Shown: piece by piece, positions 1-9,874 of the stretch
Layout of the letters: each line of letters begins with the position of its first letter
Position numbering within the stretch: the stretch's first letter is position 1
NCBI GenBank assembly: GCA_001785985.1
Contig: MFVE01000006.1
Location: 33,049 to 76,748 of the forward strand
Direction: 5' to 3'
DNA length: 43,700 nucleotides
Source: Candidatus Nomurabacteria bacterium RIFCSPLOWO2_01_FULL_42_17
GTDB taxonomy: Bacteria; Patescibacteriota; Minisyncoccia; Phycocordibacterales; UBA9973
Program-made: the position numbers and the translations under genes
The notes under the pieces: generated by a model
Seen by the model: only the letters and a program-made list of their open reading frames with translations
Told to the model about the DNA's origin: nothing
Database searches by the model: none

Positions 1-186
1 CCGAGAGACGCTTTCTTTGCTTCGGCTACATTTCTCGCCGACAAGGGGGCCGTCGGGATCAGCTTTAGCGCCCAGAGCAGAGCGGCGTGCAGTTATTATG
101 GAACAGGAGGAGCTTCTTGCGCCTATAGTCGAAGCGTGATGGCTTTGAAAACCAAAATACAGGCAGATATAGATTTACTTCGCTAG
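1..186 (+). CDS. 3' end of a probable lytic murein transglycosylase-like protein (partial, runs off the window)
   Basis: Frame 1 is open from base 1 to TAG at 184-186: PRDAFFASATFLADKGA...AACSYYG...VMALKTKIQADIDLLR. The P-DA--ASA--L---GA pattern resembles SLT/MltB-like C-termini. Not in the ORF track. Confidence 0.6.
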   Translation, partial: PRDAFFASATFLADKGAVGISFSAQSRAACSYYGTGGASCAYSRSVMALKTKIQADIDLLR

Positions 187-224
187 TTGCCTTTGTGATA
201 AGTTCATGATAACCTCTAAAAGCA

Positions 225-446
225 ATGAAAAAAGATATACATCCAAAATATGATATAAAAACAAAGGCGACCTGCGCGTGCGGGGCAGTTTTTGAAGTTG
301 GTTCTACCATGCCATCTATCGCGATGGAGATCTGCAGTCAATGCCATCCTTTCTATACTGGCAATGAAAAAATAATGGATACAGCTGGACGCGTAGAGCG
401 ATTCAACAAGCGCCGTGCTGCGACTGCTACTAAAACGAAGAAATAA
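225..446 (+). CDS. rpmE: 50S ribosomal protein L31 (Zn-binding type)
   Basis: MKKDIHPKY...CACG...[10 protein letters not shown]...GRVERF; preceded by TTGCCT-17-TAACCT. Confidence 0.97.
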   Translation: MKKDIHPKYDIKTKATCACGAVFEVGSTMPSIAMEICSQCHPFYTGNEKIMDTAGRVERFNKRRAATATKTKK

Positions 447-1430
447 ATGAATTTAGACGAACTTAAAAAAGATCACCGTACTAGCTATCTCGCGGATATG
501 TTAGAGAGCTTGGCTCGCAAAGAGGCGGAAGTGCGGGAAATGCTTGCAGGTGATGAGACACTGCATGAAATGGCGGTGGCCGAACTCAAAGGAATTCAAG
601 AAGAAAAAGAAGCCTTAGAAAAACAAGTGGGAGAAATCTTAGATAAAGACAAAGAGGAAGAAGAGATGACCAATGAGATAGTCCTCGAAGTGCGCTCTGG
701 CGCCGGGGGCGACGAGGCCTCTCTTTTCGCATGGGAGCTCGCGCATATGTATGAAAAATTTTCAGAATCTCAAGGTTGGACTTGGAGAGTGAATTATGAA
801 TCCAAAAGCGATTTGAATGGCTACAAGGAAGCAAGTTTTGAAATAAAAGGCAAGAAGAATGAGAATGTTTATGAAAAAATGCGTTTCGAGACAGGAGTGC
901 ATCGAGTGCAGAGAATGCCAGCAACCGAAAAAAACGGCAGGATCCATACTTCGACGGCATCGGTGGCAGTTTTACCGATTAGGAAAAAAGTTTCTATCAA
1001 AATTGATCCGAGCGAGTTTGAGATGGAATATTCTCGCTCCGGCGGCAAGGGCGGGCAAAATGTAAACAAAGTGGAGACAGCTGTACGCATCATCCACAAG
1101 CCGACTGGGCTCGATGTGCGCTCCACCAATGAACGCAGTCAGCTTGCGAATCGGGAAAAAGCGATGGCTATTTTAACCGCAAAACTTCAGCAATTAGAAG
1201 AAGAGAAAGAGGCTAAAAAATACGCGAGTGTCAGAAAAGAGCAGATAGGTACCGCGGATCGATCTGAAAAAATACGCACATATAATTTTCCCCAAGACCG
1301 TGTGACTGATCATCGCATAAAAAAATCATGGCACAACTTGCCGAAAATAATGGAAGGTGAAATAGGGCAGATTATTGCTGATCTTGAATCCGGGGCGGTG
1401 GGAAGTGAGGGGGATGAAAACGAAGAATAA
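447..1430 (+). CDS. prfA: Peptide chain release factor 1 (short N-terminus)
   Basis: GAGGDEA, ETGVHRVQRMPAT (PxT motif of RF1), GGQNVNK, RSEKIRTYNFPQDRVTDHR. Confidence 0.93.
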   Translation: MNLDELKKDHRTSYLADMLESLARKEAEVREMLAGDETLHEMAVAELKGIQEEKEALEKQVGEILDKDKEEEEMTNEIVLEVRSGAGGDEASLFAWELAHMYEKFSESQGWTWRVNYESKSDLNGYKEASFEIKGKKNENVYEKMRFETGVHRVQRMPATEKNGRIHTSTASVAVLPIRKKVSIKIDPSEFEMEYSRSGGKGGQNVNKVETAVRIIHKPTGLDVRSTNERSQLANREKAMAILTAKLQQLEEEKEAKKYASVRKEQIGTADRSEKIRTYNFPQDRVTDHRIKKSWHNLPKIMEGEIGQIIADLESGAVGSEGDENEE

Positions 1431-1552
1431 TAAAAATTGCTTTTCATTTTAGATATGTTATGATTTCGAATGTAGTTTCTCGTTTAGCGAAATCGAGTCT
1501 ACGTTTATAAGTAGTTTTTGCCCGATTTTTAAAAACGGGAGAAGTAAAGAAA

Positions 1553-1873
1553 ATGGCTACAAAGCTATATGTAGGGGGACTCCCTTACAGCACACAAGAA
1601 GCTGCTCTCAAAGAGCTCTTCGCACAAGCTGGATCTGTAGTATCCGCTGTGATTATCATGGACAAGATGTCTGGTCGTTCAAAAGGTTTTGGATTCGTAG
1701 AAATGGATAGCGCTGATGCAGCTGCAAAGGCTATCTCAATGTTTAACGATCAAGAATTCGAAGGACGCAAACTTACTGTCAACGAAGCTCGCCCTATGGA
1801 AGCTCGACCACCAAGAAGTGGAGGCAATGACCGAGGAGGTTATGGGGGAGGAGGCGGACGCCGAGAATACTAA
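1553..1873 (+). CDS. RRM-domain RNA-binding protein with Gly-rich tail
   Basis: RNP2 LYVGGL, RNP1 KGFGFVEM, VNEARP, GGYGGGGG tail. Confidence 0.95.
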   Translation: MATKLYVGGLPYSTQEAALKELFAQAGSVVSAVIIMDKMSGRSKGFGFVEMDSADAAAKAISMFNDQEFEGRKLTVNEARPMEARPPRSGGNDRGGYGGGGGRREY

Positions 1874-1903
1874 TTTATCTAATTTAAATTTAGATCTCAG
1901 ATT

Positions 1904-1936
1904 AAACAAAAAACCACCTTGGGTGGTTTTTTGTTT
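1904..1936. terminator. Bidirectional intrinsic terminator between the RRM gene and tRNA-Ile
   Basis: aaacaaaaaaccacc-ttg-ggtggttttttgttt, a perfect 15-bp inverted repeat with A/T tracts. Confidence 0.85.
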
Positions 1937-1939
1937 TTG

Positions 1940-2011
1940 TGAGTGTGGAAGGAATCGGACCTTCGACCTCTGTCTTATCAGGACAGCGTTCTACCACTGA
2001 ACTACACACTC
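1940..2011 (-). tRNA. tRNA-Ile (GAT)
   Basis: Reverse complement folds as a cloverleaf: acceptor GAGTGTG/CACACTC, anticodon arm CTGTC-CTGATAA-GACAG, T-loop TCCGATT; CCA not encoded. Confidence 0.93.
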
Positions 2012-2095
2012 AATACGAAAAACTATATCAAAATAAGCATATAGACGCAAACTTTTGGATTTGCATCTCGCGCATTTTTCCCTTATACTGCAGAC

Positions 2096-2287
2096 ATGAA
2101 CTGGACACCAGTGATTGTTTTTTATGTTAAAACGACTGCATGGGTTGTATTACCTTTGGTTATAGGTCTAATAGCTGGCAAGTTCACTGAAAGTCAGACT
2201 TTGTTCTTTGTTTTCTTGATGATAGGTTTTGGTATCACCTGTTTCGGGATTTACAAAGAAATAAAGCAATATAAAAAGAATTTATAA
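2096..2287 (+). CDS. AtpZ/AtpI-like small membrane protein
   Basis: 63 aa with two hydrophobic helices; first gene of the atp operon; promoter TTGCAT-17-TATACT 6 nt before ATG. Confidence 0.7.
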   Translation: MNWTPVIVFYVKTTAWVVLPLVIGLIAGKFTESQTLFFVFLMIGFGITCFGIYKEIKQYKKNL

Positions 2288-3160
2288 ATGGCAACGCAAA
2301 CAGAAAATAATAATATACAACCAATTCATGAGACAACTATTTATGCAGAGCCGGTTTTTCATGTTGGAAATTTCCAAATTACAAATTCATTACTGAATTC
2401 GTGGTTGGCGGTTTTGGTCATCATCGTTTTTTGCTTGGCTCTTCGTTTAAAATTGAAACAAATTCCGAGCAAGATTCAGCACGTTTTTGAAATTCTTTTA
2501 GAGGGCGCGCTTTCGCTTTGCGATCAAGTGACAAACGATCGAAAGATAACGCTAAAAATTTTCCCCATTGTCACATCATTATTTATTTTTATTTTAGTAA
2601 ACAATTGGCTTGGGCTCCTGCCGATCGTGGGTTCAGTTGGATATTTTGCAAACGAAGCCGGACATTCTGTCTTCATACCTCTTTTCCGGGCTGGGACGGC
2701 TGATATCAACACTACTTTGGCTCTAAGTATCGCGATTGTAGTCGCTTCAAATGTTTTTGGAATCATTGCCATCGGCGCTTGGAAAATTTTCAATAAGTAT
2801 GTTAATATCAAGGCACTCGGAGGGATCGCGACTAAATTCCGAAAAGACAAAAATGTTTTGATTGTTGCGCCTATTACGTTTTTCGTCGGTATTTTGGAAC
2901 TTATCGGGGAAATGGCAAAAGTTGCCTCGCTTTCTTTCCGACTTTTCGGTAATGTTTTTGCTGGAGAGGTGTTGCTGGCTTCGATGGGCGCAATCTTTCT
3001 CTATCTTCTGCCGACGCCGTTCCTTTTCTTAGAGGTATTTATCGGTCTGATCCAGGCGCTCATCTTTTCTCTTCTGGCGGCGGTTTATTTCACCATCGCG
3101 GCGCAAGATCACGAGGAGCATGGGGAAGAGGATCATGAAAAAAGATTGGCGCATGTATAA
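2288..3160 (+). CDS. atpB: ATP synthase Fo subunit a
   Basis: NNWLGLLP, TADINTT, SLSFRLFGNVFAGE, IQALIF. Confidence 0.97.
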   Translation: MATQTENNNIQPIHETTIYAEPVFHVGNFQITNSLLNSWLAVLVIIVFCLALRLKLKQIPSKIQHVFEILLEGALSLCDQVTNDRKITLKIFPIVTSLFIFILVNNWLGLLPIVGSVGYFANEAGHSVFIPLFRAGTADINTTLALSIAIVVASNVFGIIAIGAWKIFNKYVNIKALGGIATKFRKDKNVLIVAPITFFVGILELIGEMAKVASLSFRLFGNVFAGEVLLASMGAIFLYLLPTPFLFLEVFIGLIQALIFSLLAAVYFTIAAQDHEEHGEEDHEKRLAHV

Positions 3161-3172
3161 AATTATTATTAG

Positions 3173-3457
<285 letters not shown>

Positions 3458-3508
3458 ATAGTTTTCAATTCAAAAAAATTAAAAACGTTTATTTTATAAG
3501 AAAAATTT

Positions 3509-3958
3509 ATGCAGGAATTTATCGATACATTTCACATAGATTGGAAGTTGATGATTGCCCAATTGATAAATTTTGGGATTGTGTTTTTGGTTTTCTATCT
3601 TTTGGCCGCCAAGCCCTTGCGCAAATTGATGCAAGACAGGGGAGATTTGATTTCAAAAGGAGTAGATGATGCTAAGAAGAATGATGCGATGTTAAAGGCA
3701 ACCAAGGCAGAATATGACGAAATGCTTGTAAAGGCGCGCGTCGAATCAAATAAGATTTTTCAAGAAGGCCAGAAAGATTTAGAGCAATTAAAGGCAGAAA
3801 CTATGGAAAAGATAAAAAAAGACACAGATGAATGGCAAAAGAATAGAATTAAGCAAATAGAGATTGATAAGAACATTATTGTAGAGTCGGTCAAAGAGGA
3901 TATTGTATCTTTGGCCACTTTGGCGGCCAATAAAATAATGGACGAGAAGAACAAATAA
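3509..3958 (+). CDS. atpF: ATP synthase Fo subunit b
   Basis: N-terminal TM segment (AQLINF), charged coiled coil, operon position. Confidence 0.92.
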   Translation: MQEFIDTFHIDWKLMIAQLINFGIVFLVFYLLAAKPLRKLMQDRGDLISKGVDDAKKNDAMLKATKAEYDEMLVKARVESNKIFQEGQKDLEQLKAETMEKIKKDTDEWQKNRIKQIEIDKNIIVESVKEDIVSLATLAANKIMDEKNK

Positions 3959-3962
3959 AATT

Positions 3963-4373
3963 ATGTCAAAAGTTTCCCCAAAAAATATAGCCGAAGCGAT
4001 CTATGAAGCAACAGAAGGTAAATCAGGAGCGTCGCTTGCTCCTGCCATCAAAAACTCTGTGCAAATTTTACACAGCAAAAGGATGTTGGGAAAATCAGAA
4101 GAAGTTCTGAAAGAATTACAAAATATTTTTGACAAAAAAACGGGTACGATCAGAGCGAAAATCACCACTGGGAGAGACTTGGGAACCGAGGAAAGAAAAA
4201 GAATCGAAAGTGAAATCAAGGAAAATTATAAGGGCAAGTCGGTGGTGAGTGAATTTTTTAAAAAAGAAGAATTGTTGGGCGGAGTGCGGATCGAAGTCGG
4301 CGATGAAGTGCGAGATTCGTCATACAAAAACCAATTGGAGAAATTAAAAAATTTTTTAATGCAAGAAAAGTAA
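3963..4373 (+). CDS. atpH: ATP synthase F1 subunit delta (short form)
   Basis: ELLGGVRIEVGDEVRDSS motif, operon position. Confidence 0.88.
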   Translation: MSKVSPKNIAEAIYEATEGKSGASLAPAIKNSVQILHSKRMLGKSEEVLKELQNIFDKKTGTIRAKITTGRDLGTEERKRIESEIKENYKGKSVVSEFFKKEELLGGVRIEVGDEVRDSSYKNQLEKLKNFLMQEK

Positions 4374-4376
4374 AAA

Positions 4377-4452
4377 TACTTGTCCCGTACTAAATTTTCG
4401 ATTACGGGATATAATGATAAAGATTATTAATTAAAATTTTAGTACTGGGATG
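4377..4452 (+). repeat. ~75-bp inverted-repeat element, copy 1, ending in the atpA ATG
   Basis: tacttgtcccgtactaaatttt ... aaaattttagtactgggATG; second copy at 35082-35158. Confidence 0.85.
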
Positions 4453-5949
4453 TCAAATCATATAGTAGAAAATTTAAGAAAAGAGATAGAAGCTTTTAAA
4501 ATAGAAGTCAAGACCGAAAAGGTGGGCAAGGTTTTAGAGGTTTTCGACGGTATTGCGAAAGTTTCCGGACTTTCTGATATTAAATCTTCAGAAATGGTGA
4601 CTTTTCCTGCTGGCGAGGTGGGCGTAGCGCTCAATCTAGAAGAAGACGCAGTCGGAATAATTATTCTTGGCGATTTTTCTAAAATAAAAGAAGGCGATGA
4701 AGTCAAAGCGACCGGCAGAATATTGGAAATACCAGTTTCCGATGGTATTTTGGGACGCGTGGTCAATGCTGTCGGCACTCCAATTGATGGAAAGGGAACT
4801 ATCAAGGCTGGCAAGACCTATCCGATTGAAAAAGTGGCTCCTGGTGTCGTTACTCGTCAAAGTGTGGATCAGCCCGTGGCGACGGGCATCAAAGCGATTG
4901 ATGCTATTATTCCCGTCGGTCGTGGTCAACGCGAACTCATTATTGGAGATCGTCAAACTGGGAAGACAGCTCTCGCTATCGATGCTATTTTAAATCAAAA
5001 AGGTCAAAATATGATTTGTGTTTATGTTTCTATTGGACAAAAAGATTCTAAGTTGCGTAAATTACAGGCAAGACTCGAAGCAGGTAATAGCATGGATTAC
5101 ACAGTGATCGTTTCTGCTGGAGCATCTGAAGCCGCAGCCATGTCCTACATTGCTCCATATGCTGGTGTTTCGATAGCGGAATATTTTATGGATCAAGGCA
5201 AAGACGTATTAATTATCTATGATGATCTTTCAAAGCATGCTGTGGCTTATCGCGAGATCTCGCTCCTTTTGCGCCGTCCACCGGGCCGCGAGGCGTATCC
5301 CGGAGATGTTTTCTATTTGCACTCAAGGTTGCTCGAGCGAGCTTGCCGAAGAAATGCAAAATATGGCGGGGGATCCATCACCGCATTTCCAATTATTGAG
5401 ACTCAAGCAGGGGATATTTCTGCTTACATTCCGACGAATGTGATTTCTATTACCGATGGACAAATTTTCCTCGAGACAGATCTTTTTTATAAAGGAATTC
5501 GGCCAGCCGTAAATGTAGGTAGTTCGGTGTCTCGAGTGGGTTCCTCCGCGCAGATCAAAGCGATGAAAAAAGTTGCGGGAACATTAAAACTCGACCTTGC
5601 GCAATTTCGTGAACTTGAAGCCTTCTCTCAATTTGGCTCGGATCTCGATGAATCTACTAAGCGCCAGCTAGAACGCGGTAAAAGATCTGTTGAAGTTCTA
5701 AAACAGCTCCAATACGCTCCAGTCAAAACAGAGCATCAAGTGGTTACTTTCTATGCCTTAACCAAAGGTTTTATGGACGATGTGCCAGTAGAGAAAATAA
5801 AAGAATTTGAAGCCGGATTAATAGAATATAGCGAACGAAACGCTAAAACTTTTTATAAAGAAGTTATGGAAACAAAAATGTGGACAGATAAAGGCGAAGA
5901 GCAACTTAAAAAAGCGATTGGGGATTTCAAGGCAAGTTTTCAAAAATAA
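4450..5949 (+). CDS. atpA: ATP synthase F1 subunit alpha
   Basis: GDRQTGKT Walker [36 protein letters not shown]. Confidence 0.99.
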   Translation: MSNHIVENLRKEIEAFKIEVKTEKVGKVLEVFDGIAKVSGLSDIKSSEMVTFPAGEVGVALNLEEDAVGIIILGDFSKIKEGDEVKATGRILEIPVSDGILGRVVNAVGTPIDGKGTIKAGKTYPIEKVAPGVVTRQSVDQPVATGIKAIDAIIPVGRGQRELIIGDRQTGKTALAIDAILNQKGQNMICVYVSIGQKDSKLRKLQARLEAGNSMDYTVIVSAGASEAAAMSYIAPYAGVSIAEYFMDQGKDVLIIYDDLSKHAVAYREISLLLRRPPGREAYPGDVFYLHSRLLERACRRNAKYGGGSITAFPIIETQAGDISAYIPTNVISITDGQIFLETDLFYKGIRPAVNVGSSVSRVGSSAQIKAMKKVAGTLKLDLAQFRELEAFSQFGSDLDESTKRQLERGKRSVEVLKQLQYAPVKTEHQVVTFYALTKGFMDDVPVEKIKEFEAGLIEYSERNAKTFYKEVMETKMWTDKGEEQLKKAIGDFKASFQK

Positions 5950-5952
5950 TTT

Positions 5953-6873
5953 ATGGCCGGAACAAAAGAAATTAAAAGAAGAATAAAGAGTGTGAAAAAC
6001 ACGAAGAAGATCACCAAGGCGATGGAGCTGGTGGCGGCGAGCAAAATGAAACGTGCTGTTTCATCTACGCTCGCTTCACGTTTATATGCGGAATATTCCT
6101 GGGAGATTTTGACTTCAATCGCGCAAAATGTAGAAGAGCTAGACCACCCACTTTTCACAGAAAGAAAGAATGTAGACGTCGGACGTCTACAAAAGGTTTT
6201 AATTATTTTGATTACATCCAACAGAGGTCTTTGTGGAGCTTATAATGCGCAGGTCATCAAAAAAACAATTTCATTATTAAAAAACAAAGATGTGAGTATT
6301 GATGCTGTAACAATAGGTAAAAAAGGGGATGTGGCAATGCGCAGATTGGGTGTAGATGTCATCGCCTCTTTTACAGATTTAAGCGATAAAATTTCTTTGT
6401 CCGAGATTGTTCCCATTGCCAAGCTCGCTATAGATGAATACATTTCAGAAAAATATGATAAAGTTCTGGTGGCGTATACGGATTTCATTTCAGCTCTTAC
6501 CCAAAGAGCAAATATTAAACAAATACTGCCAGTGAGTAAAGCGGATTTGAAAGAAGTGATTGAATCATTAGAACAAATCAAACATCACGAAGGAAAAGAA
6601 ATGGATAATAAAAAGATTGATTATTTATTTGAAGGAGATAAAGTAAAATTGATCAGTTCGCTCGCAGAGAAGTTGACTAGGATGCAAATATATCAGATGC
6701 TTTTAGAATCAAATGCCAGTGAGCAGTCCAGTCGAATGGTCGCGATGAAAAATGCCAGTGATGCTTCGGGAGAAATGATTGATGATTTGACTTTGATGTT
6801 CAATAAAGCGAGACAGGCGAATATTACCAGAGAAATTTCCGAGATCAGTGCCGGAATGGCATCCGTAAGCTGA
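5953..6873 (+). CDS. atpG: ATP synthase F1 subunit gamma
   Basis: KITKAMELVAASK, SNRGLCGAYN, RMVAMKNAS, RQANITREISEI. Confidence 0.98.
   Translation: MAGTKEIKRRIKSVKNTKKITKAMELVAASKMKRAVSSTLASRLYAEYSWEILTSIAQNVEELDHPLFTERKNVDVGRLQKVLIILITSNRGLCGAYNAQVIKKTISLLKNKDVSIDAVTIGKKGDVAMRRLGVDVIASFTDLSDKISLSEIVPIAKLAIDEYISEKYDKVLVAYTDFISALTQRANIKQILPVSKADLKEVIESLEQIKHHEGKEMDNKKIDYLFEGDKVKLISSLAEKLTRMQIYQMLLESNASEQSSRMVAMKNASDASGEMIDDLTLMFNKARQANITREISEISAGMASVS
6171..6191. repeat. In-frame palindrome in atpG
   Basis: tgtagacgtc-g-gacgtctaca, encoding part of NVDVGRLQ. Confidence 0.8.
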
Positions 6874-6925
6874 CGCTTACGGAATATTTAAATATTTAAA
6901 AATTTAAATAAAAAATTATCAATAA

Positions 6926-8320
<1,395 letters not shown>

Positions 8321-8325
8321 TAGTT

Positions 8326-8400
8326 GAAAGTCGAAAGTTCTTAAAGTTCATAAAGTAAAAATTTCTTAAACTTTATAACTTTATAACTTTATAACTTTAT
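8326..8400. repeat. Convergent short tandem-repeat arrays between atpD and atpC
   Basis: Four AAAGT-core units (8326-8356) face (AACTTTAT)x4 (8369-8400). Confidence 0.8.
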
Positions 8401-8410
8401 GAACTCATCT

Positions 8411-8893
8411 ATGAAGCAACTAAAACTTAAAATTATCACCCCCGAACGCCTTGTCTTAGAAGATATGGTGGATCAAGTTACTATGCCCACGACAGAAGGC
8501 GAGATTACCGTTTTGCCGGATCATATTCCTCTGATTGTCGGTCTTGCGTCGGGAGATGTAATTGCAGATGTAAATGGCGAGCATGTACCGATGGCTGTCG
8601 TTGGAGGTTTTGTGGAAGTGAAAAAGGGCGAGAATGGGATGACAGAGGTGGCTGTGCTAGCTGATTTTGCCGAGCATGTGTCTGAACTCTCTGATGATAA
8701 GATAGAAAAAGCAAAAGCGCGCGCCGAGGAATTGAGAAAACAAATGCCTGCCCGCAATGCTACAGGCATAGCTGTTGCAGGCGGGGAAAACAAAGACCAT
8801 GTAGACTTTGAACATTTTGAAGCCGAATTAGAACGTTCACTCACCCGAGTAAAAATTTCTGATAAATGGAGAACTAGGAAATATAGGAAATAG
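8411..8893 (+). CDS. atpC: ATP synthase F1 subunit epsilon
   Basis: LKIITPER, PTTEGEITVLPDHIPL, VVGGFVEV; start probably 8411 (the ORF track gives 8399). Confidence 0.95.
   Translation: MKQLKLKIITPERLVLEDMVDQVTMPTTEGEITVLPDHIPLIVGLASGDVIADVNGEHVPMAVVGGFVEVKKGENGMTEVAVLADFAEHVSELSDDKIEKAKARAEELRKQMPARNATGIAVAGGENKDHVDFEHFEAELERSLTRVKISDKWRTRKYRK
8747..8785 (+). repeat. 39-nt in-frame hairpin in atpC
   Basis: cctgcc-c-gcaat-gcta-caggca-tagc-tgttgc-a-ggcggg, exactly 13 codons (PARNATGIAVAGG). Confidence 0.8.
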
Positions 8894-8915
8894 AATTTAT
8901 GGTATAATTAAGAAT

Positions 8916-9596
8916 ATGAAAAACTTACAAAAAGGTTTTATTTCACAAATAATTTTAGTAGTAATTGCTTTGTTGATAATAGGAGGAGGTGTCTATGTGT
9001 ATACAAATAAAAAATCTAATAAGGAAAACGTGAATATTGTAGAGTCTGCGGCCACAGACCAAACTCGTAAAGATGATTCAGGAGTTAAAACTTCAGTAAG
9101 TATTTCAGAAAAAGTAATCATCGGTAAACAAAATGAGAATCGCTTAAATTGGGAAAGGTTAGAGTTGGGCAGTCTAAAAGTTAATATTGAAAAATCTGAT
9201 ATACCTCAAGAATATTTTCTTCCTGGAATTTTTATTTGTATACCTAATGAAGACAGACCGATTTATTTAATTTATGAGGTAAATGATAAAATACTCGGAG
9301 CTGGCGGAGGAATTATCCCAGCCCCTTCAGGAGAAAAAAGAGAATATGTATATGATATAGTGTTACCTTCTTCTGATTTGTATATAAAAGAATTTTCACA
9401 ATATATTAATAGTACTTATGGTAAAAATTATAATTGGGTAGATTATTCTCAAAAAGGATTTGATATTGGTAATTTTAAATTACCTCTTTCAATGAATATT
9501 TATTCTCAAACTAAACAATTACCAGATGCTGTTCATTGTAATAACGTTGATTCTTCAATTCCAAAAATACTTCAAGTTATAATGAAAGCATCATAG
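8916..9596 (+). CDS. Hypothetical surface protein with a pilin-like (class III) N-terminus
   Basis: MKNLQKG|FISQIILVVIALLIIGGG; very AT-rich; TGgTATAAT 7 nt before ATG. Confidence 0.75.
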   Translation: MKNLQKGFISQIILVVIALLIIGGGVYVYTNKKSNKENVNIVESAATDQTRKDDSGVKTSVSISEKVIIGKQNENRLNWERLELGSLKVNIEKSDIPQEYFLPGIFICIPNEDRPIYLIYEVNDKILGAGGGIIPAPSGEKREYVYDIVLPSSDLYIKEFSQYINSTYGKNYNWVDYSQKGFDIGNFKLPLSMNIYSQTKQLPDAVHCNNVDSSIPKILQVIMKAS

Positions 9597-9598
9597 AA

Positions 9599-9761
9599 AT
9601 GTTTAAATTTTATGTGGTGGCGACGCCGATAGGAAATATGGGGGGATATAACTCTAAGGGCGATTGAGACGTTGAAGAATGCGGATTTAATTTTATGCGA
9701 AGACACTCGGGAGACTAAAAAAATTTTGGATAAATGGCGAACGAAAAAATACAGAAAATAA
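9599..9761 (+). pseudogene. Chimeric rsmI'-'atpC fragment with a +1 frameshift
   Basis: MFKFYVVATPIGNMG/(G6 run, G5 in intact rsmI)/DITLRAIETLKNADLILCEDTRETKKIL + DKWRTKKYRK*; matches the rsmI start (11024-) and the atpC end (8851-8900). Confidence 0.9.
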
Positions 9762-9874
9762 AATTTATTTTCTAACTTGATTTTCATTCTTTTTAATATA
9801 GTATTATTTCGAATGCTGTTCAGCCCCCAAGGAGGGCTTTTGTCATAACGTCGGTCAAAAGAAAAGGGTAAACA

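Noticed and set aside
1-224. Possible tmRNA or other ncRNA in the GC-richer first 200 nt
   Set aside because: Frame 1 is an uninterrupted protein-like ORF ending at 186, and no tRNA-like ends are present.
8321-8400. CRISPR array
   Set aside because: The units are 7-9 nt with no spacers, and no cas genes are present.
9599-9761. Phase-variable functional RsmI-AtpC fusion peptide controlled by the G6 tract
   Set aside because: Even in frame it would be a 53-aa fragment lacking the catalytic motifs. A recombination scar is the simpler explanation.
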